Of a stretch of 64,000 nt of DNA, positions 9,417 to 18,649 are shown piece by piece. This stretch comes from Sulfurovum sp. (GTDB taxonomy: Bacteria > Campylobacterota > Campylobacteria > Campylobacterales > Sulfurovaceae). Position numbers and translations under genes: made by a program. The notes below the pieces were generated by a model. That model was not told the origin of the DNA. It ran no database searches and saw only the letters and a list, made by a program, of their open reading frames with translations. The stretch lies in NCBI RefSeq assembly GCF_015493435.1, contig NZ_WGDD01000032.1, positions 26 to 64,025 of the forward strand, read 5' to 3'. The number at the start of each line of letters is the position of its first letter. Positions within the stretch are counted from its first letter, which is position 1.

Positions 9417-11036
9417 CTAGTGAGCACTATCATCTTGTATACAGCGTACTGTAAGACCAAAGGCACGTCCCAGATGCTCATATATATGTATACTAGAAGA
9501 TTCAAACTGAATTGCCATTGACGCAGGTGAACTGCTCCCTCCAGGGTCACTATTTATATACGGTGTTGATGTCCAAAATGCCGAAAAGTCATTATACGTA
9601 TCTATTTGACCATCATCTGCGAGACGCATTCCAGCGCCTGGGATTTTCAAGAAACTATCAAAAGCTTCATCGGAGCTATGGATTGTATTTTGAACCTCGC
9701 TATAAAGTTCTGAAAAACTTGGCACCCTAAATCCTACAGGGCAAAGATTTGTTCCATCCGTCACTGACCAGTTCGCACTTCTCTGGGAGCCTTCGCTATC
9801 TATTGCTGCCCATTCATAAGAAGAGCTATCGGTATTTGTTATGTATTTGCCAAGTATTTCATTCTGTACAGGATTGAATTGTGTCGCCAGTGTATCATTG
9901 GTATCGCTAGTACTATTTTCATGCCCATCAGCATTTCTACCCCATTGGTAGTAGTCTCCAAAACAAGCTGTATCAGTTATACTGGTACAGACTCGTGCCG
10001 CCCCCAAATTTCTGTCGAACCATACCTTACATGTCTTTGGAGACACTACCAGACAGTATTCTGTACCATTATGTGTTACAGGAGTATCACATTCACAATT
10101 CAAAATTGTAATGTTGACATCTTGTGTTGCTTCATTTCCAGATGTATCTGTAGCACTGGCGGTAAATTCATAATTTGTTTTGCAACTTTCATAATCAGGT
10201 GCCACTTTGAACGTAACATCACCCGTAGTGCTGTCGACATTAAAGCTGTTAGCATCGTCACCGCCGTTTATACCGTAGGTTACAGTGCTTTCATCTGTAG
10301 CGACAAGCGTAAGGGCCGATGTTTTGTTTTCAAGCACTTGAACATTTGCATTTGAGGTAAATACCGGTGCCGTTGTATCAGGTGTTGGTGTTGGTGTCGG
10401 TCCAGGAGGTGTTGGTGTCGGGCTCGGCTCTGGTGTTGGCTCCAGTGATGGACTTGGAACTGGTACCAAATCACTTGCCCAGTCAGGAACCACACCACCT
10501 GCTGCTACAATATTTTCATTCAGTTTTTTCTGTGCATCATGTGCGGATGGAAGAGCGATCCCCAGAGCTTTTTCAATATCTTCTCTGAATGTCAGACTGT
10601 GAAAGTCAATATCCGCGGGCAGTCTGTCCAGCAGGGAAAGGTCAATGTTGATAAGACCATTATGCAGATCTCCATCCTTATCCAAAGCTTGGATCAATGC
10701 TACAAGGTTCAAAGATGCTTCAAGGTCACCTGGAAAGACTGAGTATGGCGTATAGAAAGCGCTTTGTGCGGGTAGTGTCCCCAGCAGAATATTCTCTCCC
10801 AAGCTGAAAACAACATCATCTCCTTCCTTACAGGTGTAATGACCATTGTTATCAGTCAGACCTTTTGCTCCAGACGAGCAGCTATAATTTAACCCCTGCA
10901 CAACATCATCAATGAATTGGCCTTCGACTGAAGCCGTCGGGGCAGTACTTCCGCTACTGCTTCCTCCTCCACATGCCGTGAGTATCAATGCGGCACTTGT
11001 AGCCAATATAAGGTTTATACTACGAACTTTAAACAT
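9417..11036 (-). CDS. Surface lipoprotein: N-terminal domain, Pro/Thr linker, cadherin-like domain and C-terminal FISUMP/Fib_succ_major-like domain
   Basis: Lipobox LTAC-GGG; PTPEPSPTPTPPGPTPTPTP linker; TTAPVFTS...APDYE...ATD cadherin motifs; WFDRNLGA, GDYYQWGR, CPVGFRVPS, GLTVRCI. Confidence 0.85.
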   Translation of the reverse strand: MFKVRSINLILATSAALILTACGGGSSSGSTAPTASVEGQFIDDVVQGLNYSCSSGAKGLTDNNGHYTCKEGDDVVFSLGENILLGTLPAQSAFYTPYSVFPGDLEASLNLVALIQALDKDGDLHNGLINIDLSLLDRLPADIDFHSLTFREDIEKALGIALPSAHDAQKKLNENIVAAGGVVPDWASDLVPVPSPSLEPTPEPSPTPTPPGPTPTPTPDTTAPVFTSNANVQVLENKTSALTLVATDESTVTYGINGGDDANSFNVDSTTGDVTFKVAPDYESCKTNYEFTASATDTSGNEATQDVNITILNCECDTPVTHNGTEYCLVVSPKTCKVWFDRNLGAARVCTSITDTACFGDYYQWGRNADGHENSTSDTNDTLATQFNPVQNEILGKYITNTDSSSYEWAAIDSEGSQRSANWSVTDGTNLCPVGFRVPSFSELYSEVQNTIHSSDEAFDSFLKIPGAGMRLADDGQIDTYNDFSAFWTSTPYINSDPGGSSSPASMAIQFESSSIHIYEHLGRAFGLTVRCIQDDSAH

Positions 11037-11394
11037 ATTTTTCCTCCATTTTATAAGTTGTAATAAAGAAAATTATTAAATTCCCTTTATTTAATTATAG
11101 CATCAATACGAATGAAAATATGATTTTCCTACTTTTTCAACCAATAATTTTCTCTCTATGTAGACAAATATCACATACTTCCAATCTCATAAGGTTTGGA
11201 TATTAACACCAAAATCCGAACCACCCCAGGCATTTTTTTCAGGTAAGCATCTTTTCTCACTATTGATACACCTTCGTCATCATTGGCACCTGCCACTCTT
11301 CGCTGTTTATCTGTTTATAACAACGAATCACGACATCATGTATTTGCTCCGCAACGAGCCTAAACTATGACATATCATACATAAGGAGGATACT

Positions 11395-11670
11395 ATGTTA
11401 AGTGTTCGAATTACAGACCTTTCCTCCTATAACAGTGGCTTTCTCTCTGGTTCATAGGTTCAACTTCCCCTGATCCGCTTCGAACTCTCACAGGCCATTT
11501 CAGAAGTGCCTACAGAAGGCAAGCATGTCTCAGGCGAAGCCAAACCATGAAGAGATCTTCATCACCGATTAGGAATGGGATGATCTGGATCTCTTAGATG
11601 TGGACAAATATGACGATCCCTACGAACTGTGCCAACAGAGGGAGACTCTGTGCAATAACGGTGTAAGTTA
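11395..11670 (+). pseudogene. ardA: Degraded antirestriction protein ArdA, N-terminal part
   Basis: AAGGAGG RBS, then MLSVRITDLSSYNSGFLSGS*VQLP... and, after a frameshift, NHEEIFITD*EWDDLDLLDVDKYDDPYEL. This fits the ArdA pattern L..YN.G.L.G.W..LP...EE..I.DYE with stops at the W and Y positions. Confidence 0.75.
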
Positions 11671-11809
11671 GACAGCCTGCACTGTGCACTGTGGACTATT
11701 GTTCCACCCGATATTTCCGCTCGGTAATTCACGCAAACTTATATTTGTTTTCTTGCAGTGCAGCTTCCTTGTCCACTAACATACAGTGTAGTAAAGCACA
11801 AAAAAATTC

Positions 11810-11833
11810 AAAAGTGGGATAAAAAGTAGGAGT
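11810..11833. repeat. Tandem 12-bp imperfect direct repeat, possible integrase arm-type site
   Basis: AAAAGTGGGATA / AAAAGTAGGAGT, about 70 bp beyond the tRNA-Arg 3' end. Confidence 0.4.
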
Positions 11834-11899
11834 TACCTATACCTTCAAGCAATAAAGAAAAATTATATATTGAAACAACGGCCAAACCGTCAATAGAAG

Positions 11900-11976
11900 T
11901 GGTACGCCCATCAGGATTCGAACCTGAGACCTTCGGTACCGCAAACCGATGCTCTATCCAGCTGAGCCATGAGCGC
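11900..11976 (-). tRNA. tRNA-Arg(GCG)
   Basis: Cloverleaf GCGCTCA...TCGGT-TTGCGGT-ACCGA...TTCGAAT...TGGGCGT-ACCA. Confidence 0.97.
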
Positions 11977-12028
11977 ACATTTAGAAGTTGCTGCGATATT
12001 TAGTGAGCGAATTGTAGCGAAAAATTCT

Positions 12029-12730
12029 TTATTTATCAAGTAACTGCATCGGACCGAAAAGATCAAGTGCTTTGGAATTGGTAATGAATGTATGATTATA
12101 GGGATGCTCCAGCTCAATTGTCTCGAAGTTTTCAAGCGGCAGATGCTTTTTCAGTTCTTTGGCATGGTTTCCAAAAAGAATCAGTTTCGGCGCCTGAGGC
12201 TCAAGCGAGTGCAGCAAACTCTGAACAAAAGGCCGCCATGCTTTTACATGTCTCGCCGAACTTTTCTTGTCTGTAAAAACAAGCGCTGTATTGAGGAGCA
12301 GAACACCGTTCCTCTCAAAGTTGCATCTAAGTTCCCCGATAGAAGAGATAAATGCCGTTTTGTCAAGAGCGGCAATGGCATCCTGTGACAGATCATCAGG
12401 GGACAGGTCACCTCGTGCAAGCAGCGCCATCTTTACAAAATTGCGCAAACTTGTAGCCCGGTTCACCTCTTTGCTGAGACCTTTTTCGGAGAAGATCGTT
12501 TTAACCCTGGCGTCGATAAAAGCATATCCGCTGGCACTTTCGGCTCTCGGATAGGGATCCTGTCCGAAAAGAATATAGTTCACTTTCTCTTTCGGAAGGG
12601 TTTTGAATGCATTCAGATAATTTTCTTTATTGGGGATATATGCAGTGTTTTCTTCAAGAAAAAAACGGTAATCCGCTTCAAGCTCTTCGTAGGCTTCTTT
12701 AAGAATGTAGTCCCAGTTGTCAGACGGCAT
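12029..12730 (-). CDS. ung: Uracil-DNA glycosylase family protein
   Basis: ILFGQDPYP, GVLLLNTAL, LEHPYN; start set at MPSDNW. Confidence 0.85.
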   Translation of the reverse strand: MPSDNWDYILKEAYEELEADYRFFLEENTAYIPNKENYLNAFKTLPKEKVNYILFGQDPYPRAESASGYAFIDARVKTIFSEKGLSKEVNRATSLRNFVKMALLARGDLSPDDLSQDAIAALDKTAFISSIGELRCNFERNGVLLLNTALVFTDKKSSARHVKAWRPFVQSLLHSLEPQAPKLILFGNHAKELKKHLPLENFETIELEHPYNHTFITNSKALDLFGPMQLLDK

Positions 12731-13040
12731 GGTCTTTTTTGATCCTGTCAAACTTGATGATTAGTTCGATCTTACTGATAGGAATACCGAGTTCATCCGA
12801 GATCTCTTCCCTGCTTTTTCCCTCTTCCAGCAATGTCATCACTTCATCATGTGCCGAAAGATTTTCAATGACATCCTTCACGGCAACACGTGAAGCCTGT
12901 AAATTCTGTATGGTGGTATCTTTCACTTCCAGTGTTTCCTGCAACACCTTTTTCTCTTTCTTCAATTTGCTGTTCACTGCAAAAAGATAAAAGACGACTA
13001 TAACCAGCAAAGCGATGATCCCTATTTCCAAATAAGCCAT
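12720..13040 (-). CDS. Hypothetical membrane-anchored coiled-coil protein with an HTH-like C-terminus
   Basis: N-terminal TM segment, coiled region, GKSREEISDELGIPISKIELI. Confidence 0.7.
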   Translation of the reverse strand: MAYLEIGIIALLVIVVFYLFAVNSKLKKEKKVLQETLEVKDTTIQNLQASRVAVKDVIENLSAHDEVMTLLEEGKSREEISDELGIPISKIELIIKFDRIKKDHAV

Positions 13041-13931
13041 TTATGCTACCTCCAAGATAATGAAAAACAGAAAAACAAAACCAAGATATCCGTTCACGGT
13101 GAAAAAAGCTCTGTCTATCTTTGTAAAGTCTTTGTTGACAAGATAGTGTTCATATGTCAACATAATCGCAGCAAAAACAACTGCCGCATCAGCCCAGATG
13201 CCAAGTCCTGCACGCATCACAAATGCTGCCCAGAAAAACACGGTAAGCACATGAAAACCCCGTGCAATCAGCATTGTTTTTTCAGGACCGAATTTTGAGG
13301 GGATAGAATGCAGATCGTTTGCTTTGTCAAATGCCATATCCTGCAGTGAATAAAGCAGATCAAATCCTGCTACCCAGAACATCACCCCGGCAGCAAGATA
13401 AAGCGACCAGACTGTGATTTCCCCCGAGACAGCTACCACTCCTGCAATCGGTGCCAAACCAAGGCTTACCCCAAGTATGAGGTGAGCCAGAGCAGAAAAA
13501 CGTTTAAAAAACGTATAGGCACCCAGCACTATCAGAATGGGTACAGCCAGTTCAAAAGCAAGGGTATTGATGAGATAGGCCACCCCTATGAAAAGCAGTG
13601 CGTTCACTGCAACAAAAAATAACATTTGTCCGGAGGAGACCCGTCCGTCCACCGAGGGCCTGTTCTTTGTTCTCGGGTTGAGTATATCGATATCTCTGTC
13701 AAGATAGCGGTTGACACCCATGGCAAAATTCCGTGCAGAAACCGCCGCAACAGTCCCCAGTACAAGCAGTCTCCACCCGAACCATCCGGAACCGCTGTCT
13801 AAATAGGAAGCGACCAGCATTGCGATGAAAATAAACGGCAATGAAAATACCGAGTGTTTGAACATTACCAGTTCGGAAAAATCATTCAGTTTTTTGAGAA
13901 ATCCATTCTCACCCAATTCTTTGCTTTTCAC
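13041..13931 (-). CDS. mqnP: UbiA-family polyprenyltransferase (MqnP, futalosine menaquinone pathway)
   Basis: FKHSVFSLPF, NRYLDRDID..NPRTKNRPS, AGFDLLYSLQD, HSIPSKFG, AFFTVNG. Confidence 0.88.
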   Translation of the reverse strand: MKSKELGENGFLKKLNDFSELVMFKHSVFSLPFIFIAMLVASYLDSGSGWFGWRLLVLGTVAAVSARNFAMGVNRYLDRDIDILNPRTKNRPSVDGRVSSGQMLFFVAVNALLFIGVAYLINTLAFELAVPILIVLGAYTFFKRFSALAHLILGVSLGLAPIAGVVAVSGEITVWSLYLAAGVMFWVAGFDLLYSLQDMAFDKANDLHSIPSKFGPEKTMLIARGFHVLTVFFWAAFVMRAGLGIWADAAVVFAAIMLTYEHYLVNKDFTKIDRAFFTVNGYLGFVFLFFIILEVA

Positions 13932-13947
13932 TTTTCTCTCTTTGTTT

Positions 13948-14505
13948 TTAGGGATGTGGTATCTTCAGCTTGCTGTTCAACGACCAGGCGATTCCTACAA
14001 CCATCAGGGTGATCACAAAAACACTTGGAATAATGTTATAGCTGAACAGCAGATAGAGTATCCAGAGCAGAATAGCACCCAGCGGGGTCGGTACACCTTC
14101 AAAATATTTCGCCACTTCGCCCGCATCCACCTTCAGGTTGAATTCCACCAGTCTGCGAAGTCCCAAAATAATATAGGCGATAAAAACCGCACCGACTGCC
14201 ATCTCTTCCCATCCGCTTGAAAAACTGCCTTTGAGTGCATAGAACAGCAGGAACGGCGGCATGACAACAAAAGAGATAAAATCGGCAAAACTGTCCAATT
14301 GTATACCGAATTCGGTCGAGAGTTCATATTTTCGCGCCAGCTTGCCATCGATAATATCGCAGGCTCCCGCGATCCATGCCAATACGATAGCCGTAAAAAA
14401 ATCTTCCTTGACAATAAAATAAATGGCAATGACCCCCAGTGAAACATTCAGATAGGTCACTATATTGGCAATATTGAAACGGTTATCTTTGTCAAATAGA
14501 TCCAT
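13948..14505 (-). CDS. CDP-alcohol phosphatidyltransferase (PssA-like)
   Basis: Signature CDIIDGKLARK...FGIQLDSFAD; FEGVPTP. Confidence 0.9.
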   Translation of the reverse strand: MDLFDKDNRFNIANIVTYLNVSLGVIAIYFIVKEDFFTAIVLAWIAGACDIIDGKLARKYELSTEFGIQLDSFADFISFVVMPPFLLFYALKGSFSSGWEEMAVGAVFIAYIILGLRRLVEFNLKVDAGEVAKYFEGVPTPLGAILLWILYLLFSYNIIPSVFVITLMVVGIAWSLNSKLKIPHP

Positions 14506-14620
14506 GCACTCTCCAAAATATTAGCCTGAGTCCAGCCCTGTCGTGTGGCCGCAGGTTAGTTATGTACAATTTTACCCTCTTCGTACTTAACACTTAGCCG
14601 CAACTTGTTATCATAATAAC

Positions 14621-15514
14621 ATGAATAGCCTCAGACAACTTGCTCTTATCGGTCCTACTGCATCGGGGAAAACAGCACTTTCCATCAAAACAGCAGAGGC
14701 TCTTGATGCCTACATTCTTTCCATAGATTCACTCTCCATTTATAAAGATATAAACATTGTTTCCGCAAAACCGACGCTAAAAGAACGCCAGGGAATAGAG
14801 CATTTTGGCATCGACTACATTTCTCCTGATGAAGATTTTAATGTAACCACCTTTATTCAGCTCTATCATGATACCTATAAAAAAGCCCTTGCCGACAGAA
14901 AAAACCTTGTCATTGTCGGAGGAACAAGTTTTTACCTCAAGATGCTGATGGAGGGTATCAGCGAACTTCCAAAGATATCGGAAGAAACAAGCATAAAATC
15001 AAAAGAGGCACTGAGAGATCTTTCCGGCACGTATACGTGGCTTTGCCGTATGGACACCGACTATATGCAAAAGATCGCTGCAAATGATCCCTACCGCATT
15101 GAAAAAGCACTGAATATCTACTTTGAAACAGGGTTAACCCCTACTGCATATTTCAGAGAATTCCCTCCCCGGCCCGCCATGAATCCAGGGCTCTCTCTCT
15201 ACCAGATAGAGGTCGACAGAAAAGTACTTAGAGAGCGTATTGCCCGACGTACCAAAATGATGCTGGAAGAGGGGCTTATCGATGAGATATGCATGCTGGA
15301 GCGGAAGTATACCCGGACACCCCGCTGCATGAAAGCCATCGGTATCAAAGAAACACTTGCCTACCTTGACGGTATTTATGATAAAACCATGCTTCAAGAG
15401 AAGATCACTACCAATACCGCCCGACTTGCAAAAAGGCAGACTACGTTCAATCATTCACAGTTTGACACTGTCATAAAGGGAAGTGTTTCGGAGTTGGAGA
15501 AACTGTTACTGTAG
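14621..15514 (+). CDS. miaA: tRNA dimethylallyltransferase
   Basis: IGPTASGKT, SIDSLSIYK, VGGTSFY, AIGIKE, LAKRQTTF. Confidence 0.96.
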   Translation: MNSLRQLALIGPTASGKTALSIKTAEALDAYILSIDSLSIYKDINIVSAKPTLKERQGIEHFGIDYISPDEDFNVTTFIQLYHDTYKKALADRKNLVIVGGTSFYLKMLMEGISELPKISEETSIKSKEALRDLSGTYTWLCRMDTDYMQKIAANDPYRIEKALNIYFETGLTPTAYFREFPPRPAMNPGLSLYQIEVDRKVLRERIARRTKMMLEEGLIDEICMLERKYTRTPRCMKAIGIKETLAYLDGIYDKTMLQEKITTNTARLAKRQTTFNHSQFDTVIKGSVSELEKLLL

Positions 15515-15603
15515 GGTGCGTAAGACGCACCGCTTCATCCGGTCCGTGTAAAAAATAACACTAACCGGAAGGATCAAAAAAGGTGCGTAGATACGCACCC
15601 TAC
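15511..15603. repeat. Inverted pair of GTAG-type REP palindromes
   Basis: GTAGGGTGCG-TAAGA-CGCACC (15511-15531) and inverted GGTGCG-TAGATA-CGCACCCTAC (15582-15603). Confidence 0.8.
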
Positions 15604-15612
15604 GATGGCGTT

Positions 15613-17103
15613 TTAATAACCTGAAGCCGAGATCATATAGTATATATAGGATACCAGCGGCTGTACATAGAAGATCGCTGCCACCGTAGCCAGTGTCGCA
15701 AACCCTACCACAGCCATCAAAGGCTTGGATGAATTATATTGTACTGTATCGACATCTTTTACCGGTTCTTTCAGGAACATGTAGACAACAAGCTTCAAAT
15801 AGTAGTATGCCGCGATCGCTGAGTTAAGTCCCATCACGACAGCCAGCCATACATACCCTGAATTCACCGCTGCCTGCATGACATAAATTTTACCCCAGAA
15901 TACCGAGAATGGAGGAACACCTGCAAGAGACAGCATAAAGATCGCCATGATCACTGCACCGACAGGCCGGATACTGATCATACCGGCAAATTTTTCATAC
16001 GGATGGTCATATCGTGCATCGAATCTTCTGACTTTATGTCTCGAAATCCAAAGCATCGTGAAGGCTCCCAGGTTGGTAAACATAAAGAGTGCATAGTAGA
16101 AGAAAATAGCTGTCGTACCTTCTGTTGTATCAAGTGCCAGTGCTGCAATAATAAAACCGGCATGGGAAATAGACGAATACGCAAGCATACGTTTGACATC
16201 TTCCTGAACCAGGGCCATGACATTTGCCAGTGTCATGGTAAGTACGGCAAGTACGATAATCACGATACGGACCCATTCAACACCAAGGTCGATATACATA
16301 CCGAAAATCCTGATGGAAACAACAAAGGCTGCTACCTTTGGAACTACTGACATATATCCTGCCAACGGTGCAGACGCACCTTCATACACATCCGGTGCCC
16401 ATGTATGGAACGGGAAGAGAGAAAGCTTAAAGGCAAAGGCCACCAGCAGAAGCACAGCAGATCCGAAGACTGCTATCATCAATCCTGTTTCATTCATACG
16501 TGCAGCCAATACATCCGCTACCCTGTAGAGTTCAATAGAACCTGTCAATCCGTAGATCACGGCTGACCCCATAGCAAAGAAGCCGGCTGCCAGCGCACCC
16601 ATAGTGAAATATTTCACTGCCGCCTCATAGGAATTGCTTCTGTTGTGCAGTGCAATAAGCGTATAGAGTGCAAGTGATGCTGTTTCCAGACCGACAAAGA
16701 TCAGAATCAGGTTGTCACTTGCCACCATAAACTGGAATCCCGCAACCATGAACAGGAACAGTGCAAAGAACTCCGGATAGGAGTACTCATGAAAACGCTT
16801 TGAAGTCAGCGCCAACGGTGTAAATATAATGGAAGCTACAATGATCAGAAGCTGCGAAACGATGGAAACCCCATCGATCAGCATAACATCAAAGAAACCC
16901 CGTTCATTCACATTGAGCCCCAGTGTGGCACCAAAATCAACCACCAGTACCAGAATGGTCAGCATCACATAGAGAGACTTGTGCAGTTTCCCATTGATCA
17001 GGTCAAGTATCAGGATAATCAAACCACCGGCAACTGCAATAAGCATTGGTGCGAGTGTAATGAGATTAAGACTTTCCAAACTTACATTAATAGGCTGTAA
17101 CAT
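15613..17103 (-). CDS. nuoN: NADH-quinone oxidoreductase subunit N
   Basis: EAAVKYF, FKLSLFPFHTWAPDVYEGA, KRMLAYSSISHAG. Confidence 0.96.
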   Translation of the reverse strand: MLQPINVSLESLNLITLAPMLIAVAGGLIILILDLINGKLHKSLYVMLTILVLVVDFGATLGLNVNERGFFDVMLIDGVSIVSQLLIIVASIIFTPLALTSKRFHEYSYPEFFALFLFMVAGFQFMVASDNLILIFVGLETASLALYTLIALHNRSNSYEAAVKYFTMGALAAGFFAMGSAVIYGLTGSIELYRVADVLAARMNETGLMIAVFGSAVLLLVAFAFKLSLFPFHTWAPDVYEGASAPLAGYMSVVPKVAAFVVSIRIFGMYIDLGVEWVRIVIIVLAVLTMTLANVMALVQEDVKRMLAYSSISHAGFIIAALALDTTEGTTAIFFYYALFMFTNLGAFTMLWISRHKVRRFDARYDHPYEKFAGMISIRPVGAVIMAIFMLSLAGVPPFSVFWGKIYVMQAAVNSGYVWLAVVMGLNSAIAAYYYLKLVVYMFLKEPVKDVDTVQYNSSKPLMAVVGFATLATVAAIFYVQPLVSYIYYMISASGY

Positions 17104-18638
17104 TACTTAACCTCCCCTCTGTTTAGTGTTGTTTTAGAAACTTTGATCATATCTTTTGCCTCTTGGGTGATCGCTTTGGCATCCATAAATGCCAACATTG
17201 CCTTCACAGAATTATCAATCGGCGCAAGTACCGGTTTGGGGTAAACCCCAAGCCAGACAACGATAAGAACCAAAGGTACCAGAGACCATGTCTCTTTACT
17301 GCTTAAATCTTTAAGTGTTTTATTGGCTTCATTGGTCACCGGCCCGAAGAAACTCTTTTTAAACAACGTGAGCATATAGATCGCCCCGATGATAATGGAT
17401 GTACCTGCAAGAGCAGTCAATACCGGTGATACATGATAGAATCCGAGCAGAACCAGGAATTCACCGACAAATCCGATCGTTAGCGGCAAGCCGACGGAAG
17501 CCATCAGCATAATACCGAAGATCACGGCATACTTTGGCATCACCGATGCCAATCCGCCGAATTCACTCATCAGCTTTGTATGTCTTCTGTCATAGATCAC
17601 GCCGACAAGCATAAATAATGCACCCGACACGATACCGTGTGAGAGCATCTGGAAAACAGAACCACTGATACCTTCGGCATTCATGGCAAAAATACCGAGC
17701 ATGATAATACCCATATGAGACACAGATGAATACGCAATAACCTGTTTCATATCTTTCTGTGCATAGGCGACCATTGCTGTATAGATGATCATTACAATGG
17801 AAAGCGCAGCGATCGGCATGATTGCCATGACAGAGGCATCAGGGAACATGGGAAGTGAGAATCTTACGAAACCGTATGTACCCATTTTCAACAGGACTGC
17901 TGCAAGAATGACGGAACCGATGGTAGGTGCCTGACCGTGTGCATACGGCAGCCAGGTATGGAACGGGAACATCGGAACCTTGATCGCAAAACCGACGAAG
18001 AAGGCAGCAAAGAGCCAAAGCTGATAATTGACCGGAAGCACCAGTGCATACCAGTCTGTAATAGCAAAACTCCATACCCCGGTAAGATTATGGTAAACAT
18101 AGGCTACGAACAGCATACCTACCAGCATGATCAGGGACCCCGTAAAGGTATACAGGAAGAACTTCACAGCCGCATAAACTCTGAGCGGTCCGCCCCATGC
18201 ACCGATAATATAAAGCATCGGCACAAGCGAAAGTTCCCAGAAAAGGTAGAAGATAATCGCATCAAGGGAAACAAAGACCCCTACCATTGTCATTTCAAGG
18301 AAAAGCAATGTGATGATCATATTTTTGATATTCTCTGTAATACTCATACTCATCATACCGATCAGCGTCATCAATGTCGCCATCAGAATAATGAAGAGAG
18401 AAATACCGTCTACACCAAGATAATAACTGATACCAAAATCAGGAATGATAGGAATCAGTTCGACAAACTGCATTCCTGCATTTGCCGTATCAAAACTGAA
18501 CCACAGCCAGACAGAGAGAAGAAACTCGATCGCTGCTACAGTAATACCGTAGGCACGTGCACTCTCTTTATCTACAACAAATCCCAACAATCCAGCGATT
18601 GCAGGAAAAAACACCAATATACTTAAAATATTTTCCAT
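17103..18638 (-). CDS. nuoM: NADH-quinone oxidoreductase subunit M
   Basis: LGVDGISL, FWELSLVPM, KVPMFPFHTWLP.AH, LLKMGTYG. Confidence 0.96.
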   Translation of the reverse strand: MENILSILVFFPAIAGLLGFVVDKESARAYGITVAAIEFLLSVWLWFSFDTANAGMQFVELIPIIPDFGISYYLGVDGISLFIILMATLMTLIGMMSMSITENIKNMIITLLFLEMTMVGVFVSLDAIIFYLFWELSLVPMLYIIGAWGGPLRVYAAVKFFLYTFTGSLIMLVGMLFVAYVYHNLTGVWSFAITDWYALVLPVNYQLWLFAAFFVGFAIKVPMFPFHTWLPYAHGQAPTIGSVILAAVLLKMGTYGFVRFSLPMFPDASVMAIMPIAALSIVMIIYTAMVAYAQKDMKQVIAYSSVSHMGIIMLGIFAMNAEGISGSVFQMLSHGIVSGALFMLVGVIYDRRHTKLMSEFGGLASVMPKYAVIFGIMLMASVGLPLTIGFVGEFLVLLGFYHVSPVLTALAGTSIIIGAIYMLTLFKKSFFGPVTNEANKTLKDLSSKETWSLVPLVLIVVWLGVYPKPVLAPIDNSVKAMLAFMDAKAITQEAKDMIKVSKTTLNRGEVK

Positions 18639-18649
18639 CTATCTTCTCC

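Noticed and set aside
10370-10450. Short tandem repeats (GGTGTTGGTGTC...) as a possible CRISPR or VNTR
   Set aside because: They encode the Pro/Thr linker of the lipoprotein; there are no spacers or cas genes. No CRISPR array was seen in the window
11395-11670. Stop-codon recoding (TAG read-through) rescuing ardA
   Set aside because: The two TAGs fall at Trp and Tyr positions (different residues) and a frameshift is also present; this is ordinary decay
11900-11976. GCG anticodon as an anomaly
   Set aside because: tRNA-Arg(GCG) in place of ACG/ICG is established for Campylobacterota
11911-12135. 74-aa ORF overlapping tRNA-Arg
   Set aside because: It runs through the tRNA gene and the ung 3' end; spurious
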